Source of the DNA: Carcharhinus amblyrhynchos
Lineage: Eukaryota
NCBI GenBank assembly: GCA_965287045.1
Contig: CBDIYR020000002.1
Span: forward strand, 248,001 to 312,000
DNA length: 64,000 nucleotides
Reading direction: 5' to 3'
The notes below the pieces were generated by a model. The model searched no databases, had not been told where the DNA came from, and saw only the letters and a list, made by a program, of their open reading frames with translations. Below are positions 61,065-64,000 of the stretch, piece after piece; the stretch's first letter is position 1, and every line of letters begins with the position of its first letter. The position numbers and the translations under genes were made by a program.

Positions 61065-61840
61065 TGACATGGTAACACAACGGTTAGCACTGCTGCCTCG
61101 CAACGCCTGGGACCTAAGTTCGATTCTGGCATTGGGTGACTGCCAATGGCATCTGCATGTTCTCACCATGTCTGCGTGTGTTCCCTCTGGGTGCTCCGAT
61201 TTTCTCCCACACTACAAAGATGTATAAGTTATATGGATTGGCCGTGATAAATTGTTCCTTAGTGCCTCACAAAATGTAGGTTAGGTGGATTGGCCATCCT
61301 TAGGTGTCCCTTAGTGTCTCAAGATGTGCACTTTAGGTTGGTTGGCTATGCTAAATTGCCTCTTGATGTCTCAAGATATGTAGGTTAGTTGGATTGGGCA
61401 TTCAAAATTGCCCCTTAATCTCCCAATATGTTTCGGTTAGGGTATTAGTGAGGTAAATATAGGGATAGGATCTGGGTGAGATTCTCTATCAGAGAATCAA
61501 TGCAGGCATGATGGGCCAAGTGGCCTCTGTCTGTAGGGATTCAACAATTTTCAGTGTAGATTCTGCAAATTCTCACTTGTCTGCATGGGTTTCCTCTGGG
61601 TGCTCTGGGTTACTCCCATTATCCAAAGATGTGTAAGTTAAGTGGAATAACCATGCTAAGTTGCCGTTTAGTGTCCAACTGTGTACAGGTTAGGTGAATT
61701 GGTCATTCTAAATTTCATTTGAATAACAGTAGGAACGGCATGATTAATAATTGGGATAATGGGAATAGCGACTGTTAGGGATTGGTGTGGTACAGACCTG
61801 ATGAGCCAAATAGCCTTCTTCTGCACTGTCAGGATTCTGA
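61065..61840 (+). mobile_element. Two HE1/V-type SINEs; the first has an internal ~52-bp unit repeated ~4.5 times
   Basis: ggttagcactgctgcctc..gttcgattc head; repeated aagatgtg..ttaggtggattggccat..aaattgccccttagtgtc. Confidence 0.85.
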
Positions 61841-62074
61841 AAGTAATGTCAACTTTCAATACATTGGCCCCAGTTTCCACTTCAGGGTCGAATTTCTAGA
61901 GGAAATATACATGTTAACTTTGCTTCTTATTTTCGATGCTCCAGTCTCTTTCCCCTTTAATTGTGCACTGTGACTCCGAAGTATTTTAAAGTTATTTGTT
62001 CACCTCTTTGCCGGTGTAATACATTGTGGGCAGCTCGATAAGGCTTCAGAAAAAGAAATGCTTTAATCGGTACA

Positions 62075-63360
62075 TAGAAACAGAGAACATAGGAGCAGGA
62101 AGAGTCTATTTGGCCCTTTGACCCTGCTCCACCATTAATTACAATCGTGGCTAATCGTCCAACTCAATTGCCTAATCCTGCTTTCTCCCCATGACCTTTT
62201 ATTTCATTCACCCCAAGTGCTCCATCTAGCTGCCTCTTGAATATATTCAATGTTTTGGCATCAACTACTTCCTGTGGTGGTGAATTCCACAGGCTCACCA
62301 CTCTTTGGGTGACAAAATGTCCCCTCACCTCTATTCTAAATGGTCTAGCCTGAATCCTCAGTCTGTGACCCCTGGTCCTGGACTCCCCCAACCATCAGGA
62401 ACATCCTCCCTGCATCGACCTTGTCTAGTCCTATTAGAATGTTATGAGACTGCATGAGATCCCCCCTCATTTATCTGAACTCCAGTGAAAACAATCCTAA
62501 CTCAGTCAAACTCTCCTCATACATCAGTCCCGCCATTCCAGGGATCAGTCTGGTAAACCTTTGCTGCGCTCACTCGAGAGCAAGAACATCCTTCCCCAGA
62601 AAAGGAGACCAAAACTGCACAAAATATTCTCGGTGTGACCTCACCAAGGCCATGCATATTTGCAACAACACATCCCTGTTCCTATATTCGAAACCTGACT
62701 CAATGAAGGCCAACATAACAATTGTCTTCTTTACCATCTGCTGCACCTGCAATCTTACCTTCAGTGATTGGTGCACCAAGACTGCACATTCCCCTCTCCC
62801 AATTCACAGCCATTTACTTCTTGTTTTGGCTTCCAAAGTGAATAGCCCAGCATTTATCCAAATTATACTGCATCTGCTTTTGATTTGCCCACTCACCCAG
62901 CCTATCCAGTTCATTCTGAACGATCTCTACATACTCACCACAGCTCACGCTCCCAACCAACTTGGTATCGTCTGCAAAATTTGAGATCTTACATTTTGTT
63001 CCTTCTTTCAAAGCAGTAAGGAGTATTGTGAATAGCTGGAGTCCGAGAACCGATCCCTCTGGCACCTTACTAGTTATGGGCTGTCAATTTAAAAAAATAG
63101 TAATTCCTACTCTTTGTTTCGTAATATCCATCTAAGTACTCTTCCCCCAATCCCATATGCTTTGATCTCGTACGATAATCTCTGATGGGAAATTCTTAAA
63201 CACTTTCAGAAATTTCAAATGTACCACATCGACCGGCTCCCCCTTGCCAACTTTACCCATTACATCTTCAAAGAATTTGAACAGTTTTAGCAAACATGAT
63301 TTCCCCTTCATAAATCCATGCTGACTGTGCCTGATCCTACCAATACTTTCTAAATGCTTT
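62075..63360 (-). mobile_element. CR1 LINE, decayed and frameshifted
   Basis: SQHGFMKGKSCL, PEGSVLG, ISNFADDTKL, VQFWSPFL, RTRGHRLRI. Confidence 0.9.
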
Positions 63361-63379
63361 ATTGCCAATAAGCAAATTA

Positions 63380-63800
63380 ACTATGTTTATCACATGGTCA
63401 GACAACATAACTCTGCAATTACACACTGCACCTTCTTGGGTCCAACTACAAATCCTTCCCTGGCTCGGAATATGCACCCTTGCACTCAAGTGGCTCATTG
63501 GCCCAACTCAACCCTCCATCGGTTCAGGCCTAACCACATGGTCCATACAATATTCTCCATTAAAGGAAACACAGTAGTGCAGTTGGGAAATCTCGCACCA
63601 TCCTGATTCGGCTTTTCCTTCACTGTCACTGGGTCCAAACCCAGAAGTGCCTTCCCTAACAGCGATGTGGTTGTACCCACTGGACAGGCTGCAGTAGTTC
63701 AAAAAGGGAACTCTCCACCCTCTTCTTAAGGACAGCTAGGGATGGACAATAAATGCTGGGATTAGCCAGCAATCCCCACATCCCATAAAATCAATTTCGA
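63380..63800 (+). mobile_element. LINE 3' end of a different family (related tails at 10780-11060, 15150-15250 and 19290-19385)
   Basis: ctgcagtagttcaaaa..ctagggatggacaataaatgctgg..cccacatcccat. Confidence 0.6.
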
Positions 63801-64000
63801 ATGAAATAGGAAGGTTGAATATTCATGGCCAGTTTTTCCATATTTCCACTTGTCCTGTTCTCAGTGATCCACCCCCATTATCCAGGCTAGGTAAATACTA
63901 TATTCCATTGTGATATGAAAAGTGTTGGATTGAACAAGGTGAAGTGAAGCTGTTTGTTTAGTGACTGTAATTGATGTGAGTCTCCATGGATCTGATCAGT

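Overview
Eukaryotic, repeat-rich DNA from a cartilaginous fish (shark-type IgH cluster, HE1/V-type SINEs, CR1 LINEs). (1) 3.2-7.75 kb, minus strand: an unrearranged IgM-type heavy-chain minilocus with the unusual layout L-V-D1-D2-L-V-D1-D2-J. It arose from a ~2.22-kb tandem duplication that excludes J. All RSS are readable, and the C exons lie outside the window toward lower coordinates. (2) 23.6-40 kb (plus one gene at 49 kb): a tRNA gene/pseudogene cluster built from direct and inverted segmental duplications, with several anticodon-altered copies. (3) 42-57 kb: two intact two-exon GPR139-like orphan GPCR genes (326 aa each). The rest is mobile DNA: near-identical young CR1 copies, a CR1 family whose 3' UTR carries a SINE-derived segment, a solo LTR nested in a SINE, Penelope-type ends with hammerhead-like cores, a Harbinger transposase remnant, MITEs and decayed satellites. 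Family names come from recall of consensus sequences, not database searches. Repeat boundaries are approximate.
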